DNA from: Lama guanicoe
Lineage: Eukaryota
Direction of reading: 5' to 3'
NCBI GenBank assembly: GCA_013239625.1
Contig: MU054187.1
Span: 2,427,757 to 2,491,756, forward strand
DNA length: 64,000 bases
Below the pieces are notes generated by a model that was given only the letters and a program-made list of their open reading frames with translations, had not been told where the DNA came from and searched no databases. Made by a program: the position numbers and the translations under genes. Below are positions 1 through 60,699 of the stretch, piece by piece; the first letter of the stretch is position 1, and every line of letters begins with the position of its first letter.

Positions 1-109
1 TTAGTGGTGTGCATCACAAAACGTTCAAGTAAGTGTACCTCTGTTTTTATTATTGGAAGAAATGTGGGCATTTTCACTCTAAAAAAATAAAGCACAAGAG
101 TTTTATCTC

Positions 110-583
110 CCCTGATGCCAGAATACGATTTCTTTGGGTCCTGGGCCTGACTGTGGGTCCTGGCTTCCTCTGATGACCCATTCCCATGTCAGTTACAGAA
201 CAGGGGCCTCCAAGTCCTCCAGGTAAGACTGATTTCTAGGTAAATGGGCACAACCCAGGGAGCCCCAGAAATCGTGGCACACAGCTGGGGGGGGCGCCCG
301 CTGCATGGCCCAGCTTCGTACTGCTTCCTCTGGGAAGTCTTCTCTAAACCCCAAGGCTGGATTCCAGGCTGGCTTTTAACAACAAAACCCTCCTCTGCCC
401 TCCCACGGCACCTATTGCTGTTACCCTTACTGGTCTGTCTCTCCAAATACAGTGAGATCCTTGTGGGCAGAGTCTGGATGCCAAACGTCTCTGCATCCCA
501 AGTGGCTGGCACATTGTCTAGCAAATTAATGTGTCCAGCCCAATAAAACAAGCCGCCCCCCCCTCAAAAAAAAAAAAAACCCG
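110..583 (+). mobile_element. Retroposed polyadenylated transcript 3' fragment (L1-mediated insertion)
   Basis: Exact 14-bp direct repeat AAGAGTTTTATCTC at 96-109 and 584-597; AATAAA at 542-547; A14 at 566-579. Confidence 0.75.
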
Positions 584-1339
584 AAGAGTTTTATCTCAAT
601 CTTTTTTTTTCACATGTAACTATTTGGGAAATACAAGATTAAGTCAGTAGAGGGGGACACGGACCTTTCAGCTCCCGGACTGGGATTTAGTTTCTAGATT
701 CTACTGGTTTTATCACAGGTGAGTTGGATAACCTCATAGCTCACACGCAGAAAGACAGCTCTGTGGACCTAAACCATCCTGAAGAAGCCCGTCACCAGAG
801 TAAAGGAGAAAGAGAGACCCCAGCACCGGAGTGGCCCGAGCAGCGAGCTGGGAAGTAACCTGCATGAGGCCCATGCCTCCTCCTGTCACCTCCTTCCCCT
901 GGCCCTTCAACCAGACCATTTCTTCATCAGTCTTAGAGCCCCAAACCTGAGCCCTGCATCCTCATTCTCAGCAAAACATCTCACCTCCTGCTTGACTGTG
1001 GAAATCGTGGCCCTAACCCTGCACTGTCCCTCGGAGCCTGTAAGTCCACGCAGGTCAGCATCCACTCCCACCCGCTTCAGTCCAGCCCCAGAGGAGGTGT
1101 GTTTCCTCCTCTTCAAGGCATCAACCCCGCACGTGTCCTTCTGACCCAGTCTCCTACCGTCTCCCTTTCCTTAGACAAAGGGGATGTCACCGTGATCAAG
1201 GCATACTACAGAACTCACTACTGCCGTGGAGCAATCCAGTGCCATCTGTGTGTATGAATGAATCCTGAAGTCCACCCCTGAAGCATCCTACAAATTCTGT
1301 GCAATTTCAAGGTCTACAGACAGTTATGTACAATCTGGC

Positions 1340-2030
1340 AAGCTGACTTGGCGGGGGTGGACAGCTCTCCATTTGGGAAAAGGTACACATAAACAAATGT
1401 AAATTCCAAACGGCTTAAAGATCTAAAAAAATTGTAAGAATAATGGAAGAAAATGTAGGCAATCTTTTTGTAACTTCAGGTGGAAACAGCCTTCCTAAGA
1501 AAACGTGAAGTCCAGAAGCCACACAAGAAACACTGATAGATTAGCCTACGTAAAAAGTTTCCTTCTGTAGCACAGAAGACAACATAAAAAGCATGAAACA
1601 CAAATACTGCGCTGTAAAACGTGCTAACGACCACTATGCAGAAGGCATCAGGAGTGTCGATGAATTAGTCAGGCAGCTCTACAGACAGAAAAGGAAAGAA
1701 ACAACACAAACTGCCAACACCAACCGGCTGGAAAGCAAGAAAACACGAGCGTCACAAATGAGAGAAGACAATCGCGTGACACAGTGAAGCAATGAGATGC
1801 CCGTGGTTACCGGTTCCCCCTAGACCGGCCAAAGGCAGGACGGTAGGTAACACTCAGGACTGACAGGGGGTCAGGGAATGGGCGTCCCCGCCCTGCTGGC
1901 AGCTGGGTGAACTGGGCCGACTTTTTCGGAAGCAGTCCGGTGATAACCATCATTCTGAATGCACGTACCCACTCGCTGAGCAGTCACACGTCCAAGAATC
2001 CGTATCACAAAACAGCAGGACAGAAACTAC
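1340..2030 (+). mobile_element. Old, degenerate L1 fragment (boundaries approximate)
   Basis: Recognisable L1 ORF2-end motifs (aaagatcta...gaagaaaatgtaggc...tttgtaactt). Confidence 0.55.
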
Positions 2031-3232
2031 CCACAGGGGCCCCTCCTTTGAAGGAGGGGTGTACCCCCGCAGACTGCCTGCCCTCCGGTGAGAGTGCCCA
2101 CCCGCAGCTCTGTGCGTGGCAGGGGGCCTTCCAGGCGAAAGCAGCCGCTGGGGGGGGGCGTGCACCGCGTGCTCGGTTACAGTGGTAACGCCGGCCGCCC
2201 CCAGGAAAGCCCTCCCCTGGCTGGAACTGGGTACTGTTCCAAGGCCTCACTGTGGCGAATCAGAGTCGTTACAACCCTCCACGGCAGGACGGTGTCCCTG
2301 CTCACAGATGAGCAGGGAGAGGGGTGAGGTTCAGAGCCTCGCAGCTGGTTGTGGATCTGAACCGGAGCAGATCCGAAGCGCACGCCGAGACCCGCGGCGC
2401 AGGGCGCGTCTCCGGGGGAAGAGGGCTGGCCCGCGGGGCGCGCGCACACGCGACAGAGGAAGCCGAGCCGGGAGCGCCTTCTCTGCTGCACGACTCTGAC
2501 CTAAAGGACGGGGGGGTCCAGCCAGCCTCCCGAGATGGTGGCTGAGAACAGCCTCCCAGCCGGCCTCTCGGCTCGTAGAACTCACCAAGGTTCAGGTGGG
2601 CGGTTTTTCTTACTCAGTAGAATACGACAAAGTAAACATTTATAAAAAGTCAGCCTTTGCATATAAAGGTGATACTACTGTCTCGCACAGGTCAGTCATG
2701 TTTTTTTTTTCCCTGTTACTGAATTAGGAGCTAAACCATTAAGTGTCTTTCTTGACATCGTATAATCAAAAATTTGTTTTGAATCATTTAACTTACAGCA
2801 GTCGCTGAACAGGTTCTCCCTGAGCAATGCCAACTTAATCCCTCGGGGGCTGAAACTGTGGCCTTGACAGGATAATCCGTCCACTGGAGTTACCTGTTCC
2901 AGTGGAATATTCTGGGAAGGCAAATGATCAAAATATTAACTATAAGAAAACTAGGAGTTAAAACTTGATTAGCCTCAGAACGAGAAGTCTAAATAAAATA
3001 TCTACTTAAACAGAAAATGCTTTAAAAAGTAACTGCATGGTAAATGCAGGTAAAAATATCGTATATTTGAAAGTTGCTAAGAGAGTAATGTTAACAATTC
3101 TCATCACAAGAAGAAAAATCGTAAACTATACGTGGTGATGGATATATTGACAATCATCTTGCAATATATATACATGTCAAATCACGATGTCGTCTGTACA
3201 ACTCAAACTAATACAATGTTATATGTCAATTA

Positions 3233-3445
3233 CAGCTGACCCTTGAACTACATAGGGGTTAGGGGCACCAACCCTCCACCAGGTTGAAAATCGACATAGA
3301 ATTTTAGTCGGCCCTCCACATCCTGGGCTCCGCATCTGTGGATTCAACCAACCGTGGATCCTGTAGAACGATAGTAGGTACTGAAAAAATCCACATTGTA
3401 AGTGGACCTGTGCAGTTCAGACCCATGGTGTTCAAGGGTCAACTG
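3233..3445. mobile_element. TcMar-Tigger-type MITE (MER8-like)
   Basis: Terminal inverted repeats CAGCTGACCCTTGAAC / GTTCAAGGGTCAACTG flanked by TA on both sides. Confidence 0.85.
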
Positions 3446-5889
3446 TAAACCACAATTCTTTCAGTTTTCAATGCGGAGAGGATTCACGAGCATTTGACCT
3501 TATGGAGATGTATGGATGAACTTAAAAAGAGAATTAAAATTGGAATTATCCAGGAGGAAGGGGAATGGGCCTGAGAAATCGAGACACTCACCTGCAGCTT
3601 TAACACTCTCCAGATCAAAAATGCTTCTGTGATTAACCAGAAATCTTAGTAGTGCTCCCACAGGTTTTGATGTTCTAACTACTTTTATTTAGAATCATTA
3701 CATGTTTACTTAACTCAAATATTCATCCAAAATAATTCAGGATTAAAAAAAATTTTTTTTCCCATTGCTTGCTACAGAAATGCATCTCAAACTGGCTTAA
3801 ACACAAAGGAAACTGCCTGGCTTTCAATTGCTGGAGGTCCGGGGTGGTTCCAGTGTCCCCACGGCTGGACCCAGACGTGCAGTGCTGTCCAGACCGTCCC
3901 TCCATCTCAACTTCCCTGGGCTCATCACACACGGTGGGGGGTGGGGGACGTGGTACAGGGAGTCCCAGGGGCAGCTCCTGCTGGCCCAGCTAGCCCAGCC
4001 CAGGAGAAACAATGCCTCTCCCATCTTTCCCACAGTTACCCGGGGGAAGAAGCGCAGGGTGGGGCACTGAACGACAGGCCCCGCAGGGTCACGTGGAGGT
4101 GAGGTGTCCCCTAAATGAACCAGAAGAGATGTTTGGGAACGAGCACCGGAAAGACAAAAGGCACAGCTGTGCACTCCCCCTTCCAGGGCTATACATCGGC
4201 TATACTTCCTATTGGCAATATTATCAAAATAACTTGGATACATACTGGGAACCACGTATTAGGGCAAGAAGAAACCCTTTCATGTCAAAGCAGCTCCGTC
4301 TTCCAATTATGTAAACACCTGGGTTAACTGAACCGGACTGGATGGCCCAGCACCTATAAAACGTTCTTTCTCTTTGCAGTCAAGGTCATTAAGGAGAAAA
4401 TAATAGTAATTAGGTGTCTTTTTATGGCGCGGGGAGAAGAACCAGAACAAGTCACTGGAGGCAGCCATCTGTGCTTTCATTTTCCATCTACCAGTTGGAT
4501 AAACAAGTAGAAGAGTACACAGGACCATCTGAACGACTGTTTAATTAATAATAAAACTATTGCATCACTCTGCAGAACTGAAGTAGCAGAGAGACCTCCA
4601 GAGACGCAGGCTTGTGACACCTCTTCCTCTAGAGCCGGAGGCTGAAACATCGCCAGCCGCTGGTTACCCGCCTGCTCCTGCAGGACCCGACCGGTGGGAC
4701 ACTCTCCACGTCTCAGCTCCCACAGCCAAGACGAAATGGAACACAAACATAACCAAGGAAAACTATTTCATGAGTGCCTATTGCGTGACACCCGACCTAG
4801 GTTCTAAGCACAGCAACGAACACGTCTCCCGCAGACGCGTACTGCCCCACCCTCACGTCACAGCTCTCGGTTTCCAGCACAGCCACGTGATGAGATGTCC
4901 CGGCACGTCTGTTACTTCTGCCTGATTTCACCCCACTTCAGTTTCTTCAACCCAGTTCTTCATCACTACCTAGGAGCTCGTCAGGCAGTAATGCTCCTGT
5001 TTACCATGAAGTAGCATCTTCAATGTTGGTTCCTTGCTTATTTTTGAAACTTACAGAAATATGTGGATTTTACGTCAATGACTATTCACATTCCATTTCC
5101 CAGTGGGACATTCAGATCTTCCTGAGTGGCTAATTTCTACAGCTAAGTGGGCAAAGGGGGGCCACAGAGGACAGGACAGAGTAACTGTTGATTAAAACTT
5201 CTAAAATCACAATACTTTAACTGTAGTTTTTGATTCAGTTCAAATCCCCAAGCACACCCTGCCCTGTAGATAATCACTGTCAAAATCTAGCCTGTTATTC
5301 CTCTTGCTGTCTTGTTGATATTTAACATTCTTCCACTTGTAAGGCACGCACAGATTCCAACGTCTGCATGCACAGGAGCATTTCAGAGCTCCCAACACGG
5401 CTTCTCAACACCTGCACCGACGCTCATCACCTCTCAGCTGAGCAGAAAACCACGGTGGAGATTTTCTGCTTTCCCAGGACGGGTCTTCATGAGCTGCCAC
5501 TCTGTCCAGCTCAGTTCCTCTGTGCGTTCATTTAAGTTACTTTGCCCTGGAAATAAGCATTATCAAATATCACCCTTGGGAACATTTACTTCCGGATACT
5601 TTATAACTGGCGGCTAGTTTTCAATGTAAGACTCACTCTCATATTACATCAGGTGCCCACAAGGGATGCACTCATGTGCTCTGCTCAGAACCACCCCCAC
5701 GCCCTTCAGCAGGGGTCCAGGAGGAGAGACAGACACTACAGCTCAGTACTAGTTCCTGCTTAAACCAGGCAGCCGTCATTTAACTAAAACAGGGCTTTAA
5801 AAACACCTGAACAGTTGAGAAAGGAGAACTTTTTAAACAAAAGATAAAGCAAGCGTCAATGCCTAAATAAAATGACAAAATGTGATACA

Positions 5890-7412
5890 TGTTTAGTAAC
5901 AAGAAACTTTATTGAATTACAAATTTAAAAATGGATCACTTTATTTAAAAGTGGAGCTACTTTAATTTTATTCTTCTTAAACTTATTCTTTCAAAAAGGT
6001 ACTTTACTTTTCAAATGACAGGTTACTCTGTGATCTGACAGAGCAGAGATGGGCCGGTGCCAGTGGGCCAGTTCTCACACAGGGGTCTTAATCTGCACTG
6101 AGATCGAAGGGAGCTGCAGTGAGCGATGGGGGGGGGGCGCCCAGCACATGCTGAGGTCTCCCTACGGTGTCTGATGCACGCAGATGGAGCAGCATGAAGC
6201 ATGGGCGTGGCACCAGTGGCCTGAAGACGTGCTACAGCAAGCCCACAGAGGAACCCACGTGAAAATCATCTTCTCTTACTCTTAACAAAATAGATGGCAC
6301 ACACTTAACTGTGAGGTCCTCACGGTAAACGAGCCGTGTCACAGCCCACAGACTAGCTCGTTCCACAACCTCCTTCTTGTGCAACAGAAAGAGAGCCAGC
6401 AAATTAGAGTCAAGACAGAAATGTGCCCCACCCTTTCCACGCAGAAGGACCACAGCTGTAGTGACTTCTATAAACCTTCAAGTCCTTGGTCAGCATGGAT
6501 CTCTAAATTAAAGTCAAGTCAGGAACTGTTCACAGTAACTACACTCTCCTAAAACGCTAACTTCTTCTTCCCAGTATGTCTTTCTACAAGGGGAAAAAAT
6601 GGTAGAAAGCTTTCCTTCTTGGCCTGTGCTGGGATTTATGAAAAGCCTACTAAGACGGCAACAGTGTTCCACAAAACTAAAATGCACTACAAAGTCAAAC
6701 AAGCAAATAAACAATAAACAAAACTCATTTCAACAAAGTCATGTTTCCAAACGTAAAATCTATTAAGAACAAGTAATAAACATGTACAAGAAATTACAAG
6801 AAATGAAGATCACAGTTAGTTACAAATGCAAAATAATATCTAATTATCCCAGACTTGTGTACATAATAAGTAAAATCAATTTAATATGCTAGTTCAAATA
6901 TTATGTACAATTTAGATAAGCTGGTCAAGTATTATTTGAATACACACCACATCTGATAAACTTATAATTATATTACCTCTTCTCCTCTTTAATATTTGCA
7001 GGTACATGCCAATATGGGAAAAAAATGTAATTTCCATTTGTGTATCAACTGAGAAGAATAACATTGCTACTGCGTATGTTTCAGATTGTAAAAAAGTTAA
7101 GGTACACTTTCCTTTAAGAAGAAAAAAAAGGTAAAAATAAACTGCCAAAAGTTTAATATCAACTTACTTATAAAAATGAAAAAAAATGTTTTGAAACAGG
7201 TACCATACAATTATAATGTGGTCTTCCTACTGGTCCGAAACTACAGAAGGCATTTAAGGAAGGGATGCTATGTCGAAAACATGACTAACCCAAGGGATAT
7301 ACGTTACTTTAAAAATCTGATTTGCAGGAAAACTAGTTGGTTGGCCTAGTCTTAAAGCTAATTACAAAATCCATTTTCTTAATGGTCCAGACATTTCGCC
7401 AATTCTTCCAAC
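5890..7412 (-). other. TCEA1: TCEA1 3' UTR (3' end approximate)
   Basis: Follows the stop codon; AU-rich; ends at clustered poly(A) signals. Confidence 0.8.
5908..5972 (-). terminator. TCEA1 polyadenylation signal cluster
   Basis: Minus-strand AATAAA at 5967-5972, 5940-5945 and 5908-5913, ATTAAA at 5961-5966, with T/GT-rich sequence downstream. Confidence 0.75.
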
Positions 7413-35503
<28,091 letters not shown>

Positions 35504-36863
35504 GGCTCCGGCAGGCTGCGCAGCGCCCAGCCGCGTGGGACAGGAAGTGGGCGAAGCGGGCGGCGGGGCGGCAGGCGAGCCCAGGCGCTCGGCGAGGCCC
35601 CACAGCAGGCCGGGGCCTAGGCGCTTCCTCACCACCGAGCCCGCGGCGGCGGCGGCGGCGGCGGCGGCGACGCTCCTCCCCCGCAGGCAGCGGCAATCGA
35701 GCTCCGCGCGTGCTGAGCAGGCGCCACCAATCGACAGCGGATGGCTGGGGAAGGCGAGCTGAGACGCCGCCAGCTGGGCGACCAGCCCGCCGGGCGGCAG
35801 GACTTCCCGGCTGTCGTAAAAGTGGGCGGGAGGCGGGGCCGAGCACGGCGCTCGTTCCCTCAGGCCCCGCCCTCGCCCGCCCCGCCCCGCCCCGCCCCGC
35901 GGTTCTCGGTCCCCCAGGCCGTAGCGCCCGCGGAGACCCTCGCAGCGCCGAGCCTGAGCCCAGGCGGTTCCGAGGATGGGACGTGGGCGGGTTTACAGTC
36001 GGTCGGACCGGCCGTGACGGCGGATTGAAGTACAGAACCCCGTCCCTGCAGACCCATGACCGTAGATTGGATCGTTGTGGGCGTCTCCTTGTTTAAAGTC
36101 AAGTCATCTGTGAGCTCCTTAAGGATGGAGACCTCGTCTTGTTTCCTGACTCGGAATGCAGGATGCGCTTTGAATACAGTTGAACAGTAGTTGACAGAAA
36201 CGTTCTCATCAAAGAAATGTAATGAGGCATCTCACCTGCTCTGAAGATCAGTGAGGAAGGTGACAACCTTAAGTCGAGGCAGAACATTAAAACAGCTGTG
36301 TTGTCAAGAGTACGGGCTCCTTCAGGTCTTTGCCCAGTTACTTGCAAGCATATCCCACACCCAGGTTAACCATCATTAATCCAAACTCACCACCTCATAG
36401 TTTTTCTATACTAAGATGTCAGATTTTGTTCTAGTTTAGTTATTCGGGGGAAAGAGTAATTTGAACCGTATCTTTTTATTTCACTTATTTTGTTTCACTT
36501 TTAAATTATCTTTTTATTATTGACTCTCAAATTGTAGTGAGAATATATGACAAGTTACTCGTTCTAAGGTGTTCATTGAGATTTGTTTTGTCAATTTTTA
36601 TAAATATTATGTGTCCTGGAAAAGCGTGTATTCTATAATGGCAAATCTGAAGTTCTGTAAAGACCTGTTAGCCCAAAATTAATTTTTTTGTTCAAATAAT
36701 TATATCCCAGTTTGTTGTCTGCTTGATGCATCAATTCATGAGTATGTACAAGTCTCCATGTATGATTGTGGATTTGTACATTTACTCTAGTAATTGTCAC
36801 TTTTGTTTTTTTCCCGAAGATTCAGTTTATTATTCTTTCACAGCGGTAAGATACACATAACAT

Positions 36864-37249
36864 TGTCAAAGGACAAAACTAAAACAACCTGGTGATGAGT
36901 GTGATGTCCTTGATCCAAGGGAAGACACTCCATGGGTGGGGGTACAGGGCCTCACAAACAGTGGGTGCTCTTTCCCAGGGATTGAAAGGCAAGAGTGAGG
37001 TTTATAGAGCTTAGAACAGGCAACCCTGAAACAGGGCATGATTGGCTAAGGAGGTGGGGGTTTCCTTACAAGGTTGGTGGGTCTCATTTCTAGGGTGAGG
37101 TGGGCTCACCAAAGCTGGATTGGAGGATTATGATGGTGGCGTTAGGTTCTTTTGGCAGGTATTTCCCCTAAGTGCAGGCTGACTCAGGTTTAGATTTGTG
37201 AAGCGGGCCACACCACTTGTGGGACCCCCTATACAAATTAACTTTAACA
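36864..37249 (-). mobile_element. Solo ERV-like LTR inserted in an L1
   Basis: TG...CA ends; interrupts the L1 motif gatacacataaca|...|tgaaattta; minus-strand CCAAT at 37041-37045 and 37119-37123, TATAAA at 37001-37006. Confidence 0.6.
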
Positions 37250-38460
37250 TGAAATTTACGGTTTTAACTAGTTTAAAATGTGCACTTTGGTAGCATTTAG
37301 TACAATCACAATGCTGTGCAACCATCACCACTATCTAGTTTCAAAAAAGATCTTGAAAAATTTCCATCATCTCAGAAAGAAAAACCCTGTTCTCTTTAAT
37401 GAGTCGCTTGTGACTCCCCCAGCCCCACAAGCCTTGCCAACAAATAATTGGCTTTCTGTCTCCATGGTCTCAAATGTTCTGATCGTTCATATAAGCATAC
37501 ATGTGACCTTTGGACTGGCTCCTTTCACTTAACATGACGTTTGCAAAGTTCATGCTGTGGCAGCTGTCAGTCTTTCATTTCGCTTTACGGTTGGTTAATA
37601 CTTGCATTGGAGGGACGCACCGCATTTCGTTTATTCATTCATCAAGGGAGGGTTGCTCGGGTTGTTTCTACTTAGCTTTCTCTGTTCCACATTTTCACTC
37701 TTGTGAATAGTACTGCTGTGAATATTTATGTACAAAGTTTTGTGGAAACACCTATTTTCAGTTCTTTTCAGTATGTACCCAGGAGTGGGTTGCTAGGTCA
37801 TATGGTAAGTATTTAATTTTGAGGAATCTGTTTTCCTGGAGCAGCTGCACCATTTTACATTCCCACCAGAAATATACTAGGGTTCCAATTGCTCCACATC
37901 CTTGTCAATGCTTGTTTCTACCCATACTTTTATGCTAACTCTCCTTGTGGATGTGAAATGGCATCTCTTTGTGGTTTTAATTTGCATTTCCCTAATACCT
38001 GTGTTGAGCATATTTTAATATGCTTGTTGGCCATTTGTGCATCTGGAGACATGTCGTGACTAATCCTACACCCAATTTTCAACCAGACTGTCTTTGTTGT
38101 TGAGATTTAAGAGCTCTTCATATGTCCAGGACACTAAACTCTTATCAGATAATATTTGAAAATATTGCTTCCCACTCTGGGTTTTTTCTCCTGATAGTGA
38201 TTGTTAATGCACAAACCTATTTAATTTTTATCAAAGTCCAACATATCTGTTTTCTTTTGTTGTTTGTGTCATATCTAAGAAACCACTGCCAAATCCAAGG
38301 TCTTAAAAGTTTATCACGGCCAGTTTGATGAAATTAACCCTTCTAATTCATAAAATTGGAATGTCTTTCCATTTAGTTATGTCTACTTTAATTTCTTCCC
38401 ACAACATTTTATAATTTTTAGTGTGCAAATCTTTTACCTCCCTAGATTGACATAGAGCAT
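37250..38460 (-). mobile_element. L1 3' portion (antisense)
   Basis: cagctgcaccattttacattcccacca...gtggttttaatttgcatttccctaat. Confidence 0.85.
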
Positions 38461-38884
38461 CTTCATTCTTTTTTACAGCTGACACTTCAGAGACAGGACA
38501 GGATTCCTTTACTGGGAAAAGTTAGGCGTCAGTAGCAAAATAAAAGGAGAAAAACTCTTTGGAGAACCGATTTATGACACCAACTTAAAAATCCCATGCA
38601 TACGACATAAAAGGAAAAGACAAAAGGAAACACCAAACAAAACTTAAACGGGTTAGGAACACTGAAAAGCCAGTTCAGGACTTTTTTTTAGCTTGTTAGC
38701 ACTGAGGAACAGGAGAAGCCTTCTTCCTGCCTGGTTCCACTCCAGGCTGACCACACCGGCACCAGGATTTCTCTCCCTGAGGGTATATTCCTGGGGGCAT
38801 ACTGTCATTTCCCTCCTTCTCATTACAGGCAGCCATTCCAAGGCAAACCCAAAAGTTAAAAAAAAATTTCGAAAAAGCCAGTCA

Positions 38885-40681
38885 GAGAAAAGTGAGAATT
38901 GAGTTTTATTTCACATTGATAGAAACCGTGAAAAAGATTTTCATTTTCCCACGTTACAGCACAATATTTCAACGGAGTATTTCTTGCCATAAGTTAGATC
39001 TTGCTGATTTGTGTAAGTGAAACAACAGCTTATATTCTTCAAGGTAGAGCAAAATGACTTAGTAAATGATTGTTTAAAAATTTTAAATCCAGACATAAAC
39101 ATATGGCTTCATTATTAACATTCTCTATAGTCCATTACCAAATTATTTCCACTATCAAGTAGCACCCATTTATAAAGATACATTCCTAACGTTGTTTTAG
39201 TCAGTTGGAATATGGCAGAAAAACTGACAACAGTTCAGAAATATCAAGTGTACATTTTTGCTGCATATTAATCTGTATGGTAACTATTCCATATGCATTG
39301 AGTTCTGACTGACTTTTATTACCCATAAATTTGTTTCCAAATAATTTCCACCAATAATCTGAAATTTTTGATGATTTAAAATCAAATAATCGCTACTTTT
39401 ATGTTTGCACAAAAAGTAATTTTTGAAAAAAAAAATCACCTGACTAAAGTAAAAATTTCAAAGAAGTCCACTGGCAGATAAAAGTAAAGCAGAATTTTCT
39501 AATGGATTGCTCCTTTCCCACAGCAGCTGGTTTCAAACAGATGTACAAAATCAGTAAACTAAAACTATGCTACAAAGAGAGTCACCTTAGAGCAAATTGT
39601 CTTAAAAATTAGTTTTTTAAGATCAGTCTTAAATATTCGTGAACATTCTAGAATGTGACCTAATTATTTTCAGTCAATTACAGAAAAATACAAACACAGA
39701 ATTATTTTCGTTACCAGGACTATAGATTCTAGGAACTATGTTGGTCAGACAAAGGTACAGTTTGAGAAGTAAGTAGCGTAGGACGTTTGAAGGGAATAGG
39801 AACTATGTCGGTCTAAACTTCAGACAAAGGTACAGTTTGAGAAGTAAGTAGCGTAGGACGTTTGAAGGGGTGTCTGGTTTCTTCGTGTCAGCACAAGTAC
39901 GTTTTAAATACCATCCTGTCTGCGATTCAGTGTCAAGTCACAGCAGGTACTGATAGTGGATGTCTATGGCAAGGAGGTGGTATCTGGTCTGTTAAGAAGG
40001 ATGAACAAGAAAGAATACATTTCTTTTCTAGAGAGGCAAAAATAATTTTAAATAGAAATTACATTCAGGAAAGAAAAACCTGGTCCCCAAAATAAAGGGC
40101 CACTAATTGAAGAGAGCAATATTACTCTTTATTGACACTTAGAAGCATTAACCCTACTATTAGGAGTAATGTATAACACCTCATTCTTACGAAGCCTTAA
40201 AATCATTAAGTGCACGTGACACATGTAAATACAAAAATACACACACTGCATGGTGACAAAGTCATCCTGGAGTAAGTCCGTGGACTAAGTCACAGCATGC
40301 ATAAACCAGTTACATCTTAGCCACTCATTTATACCTGAACAAGTTTTCATTAAGCATACTAATAATTTTCAAATGATGTAATAAAAAATCTGTTTGTAGT
40401 ATTTTATTATTTTTCTGAATTACATTTGGGAAAAAGAAGCTAGCTGCTTCCTCTATTTTAATACTAGTAGAATCTGGATCATATTATACAAATACATATA
40501 CAGAAATCTAAATGATCATAAATTTCCTAAGAGGAGGTTTATTTAGTCTGTGTCATTGGTGCATATTTGCAAAACATTTTAACACTGCACACATCAGAGG
40601 TTTCGAGAGCAGGCGCAGGACAAGGTTTTCTCTCTACCACGAGGATGCTGGTGTGACTCCCACACAAGGCCTCTTCGTGAC
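38885..40681 (-). other. LYPLA1: LYPLA1 3' UTR (3' end approximate)
   Basis: AU-rich after the stop; minus-strand AATAAA at 40403-40408, 40128-40133 and a distal one at 38905-38910 followed by a T-rich tract. Confidence 0.75.
39730..39869. repeat. Tandem duplication of about 65-73 bp in the LYPLA1 3' UTR
   Basis: 39730-39794 versus 39797-39869; they differ by one substitution and an 8-nt indel. Confidence 0.92.
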
Positions 40682-60392
<19,711 letters not shown>

Positions 60393-60699
60393 CTAGAAGA
60401 GACGAGGAAAAATTAATAAGCGACGCCTGGATAAGCCCCCCAGAGCTGCTCCCCACCGGAGCTCTGCTTAAGGTGGACGCCGGGACTGCGGAACACCGCC
60501 TGCAGCAAGTTGGTTAATCTCTACAGACCTCTCTCAGGCGGCAGAAGCATTTAACTTCTCTCCTTGCGGCTCCTAAGATAATTAACGTGGGGTTTTGGCA
60601 CTCGGCGAGGTCCCAGTTAGACACTCTTCAGGGCAATCGACCACATTCTAAGACAAATAGTTTCTCCCTTTCAAGTCAAAGTCTCACATGTACGATGGA

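Noticed and set aside
35504..35635. In-frame upstream GTG giving an N-terminally extended TCEA1
   Set aside because: An open frame is expected in a GC-rich leader; the ATG has a strong Kozak context and nothing else supports the extension.
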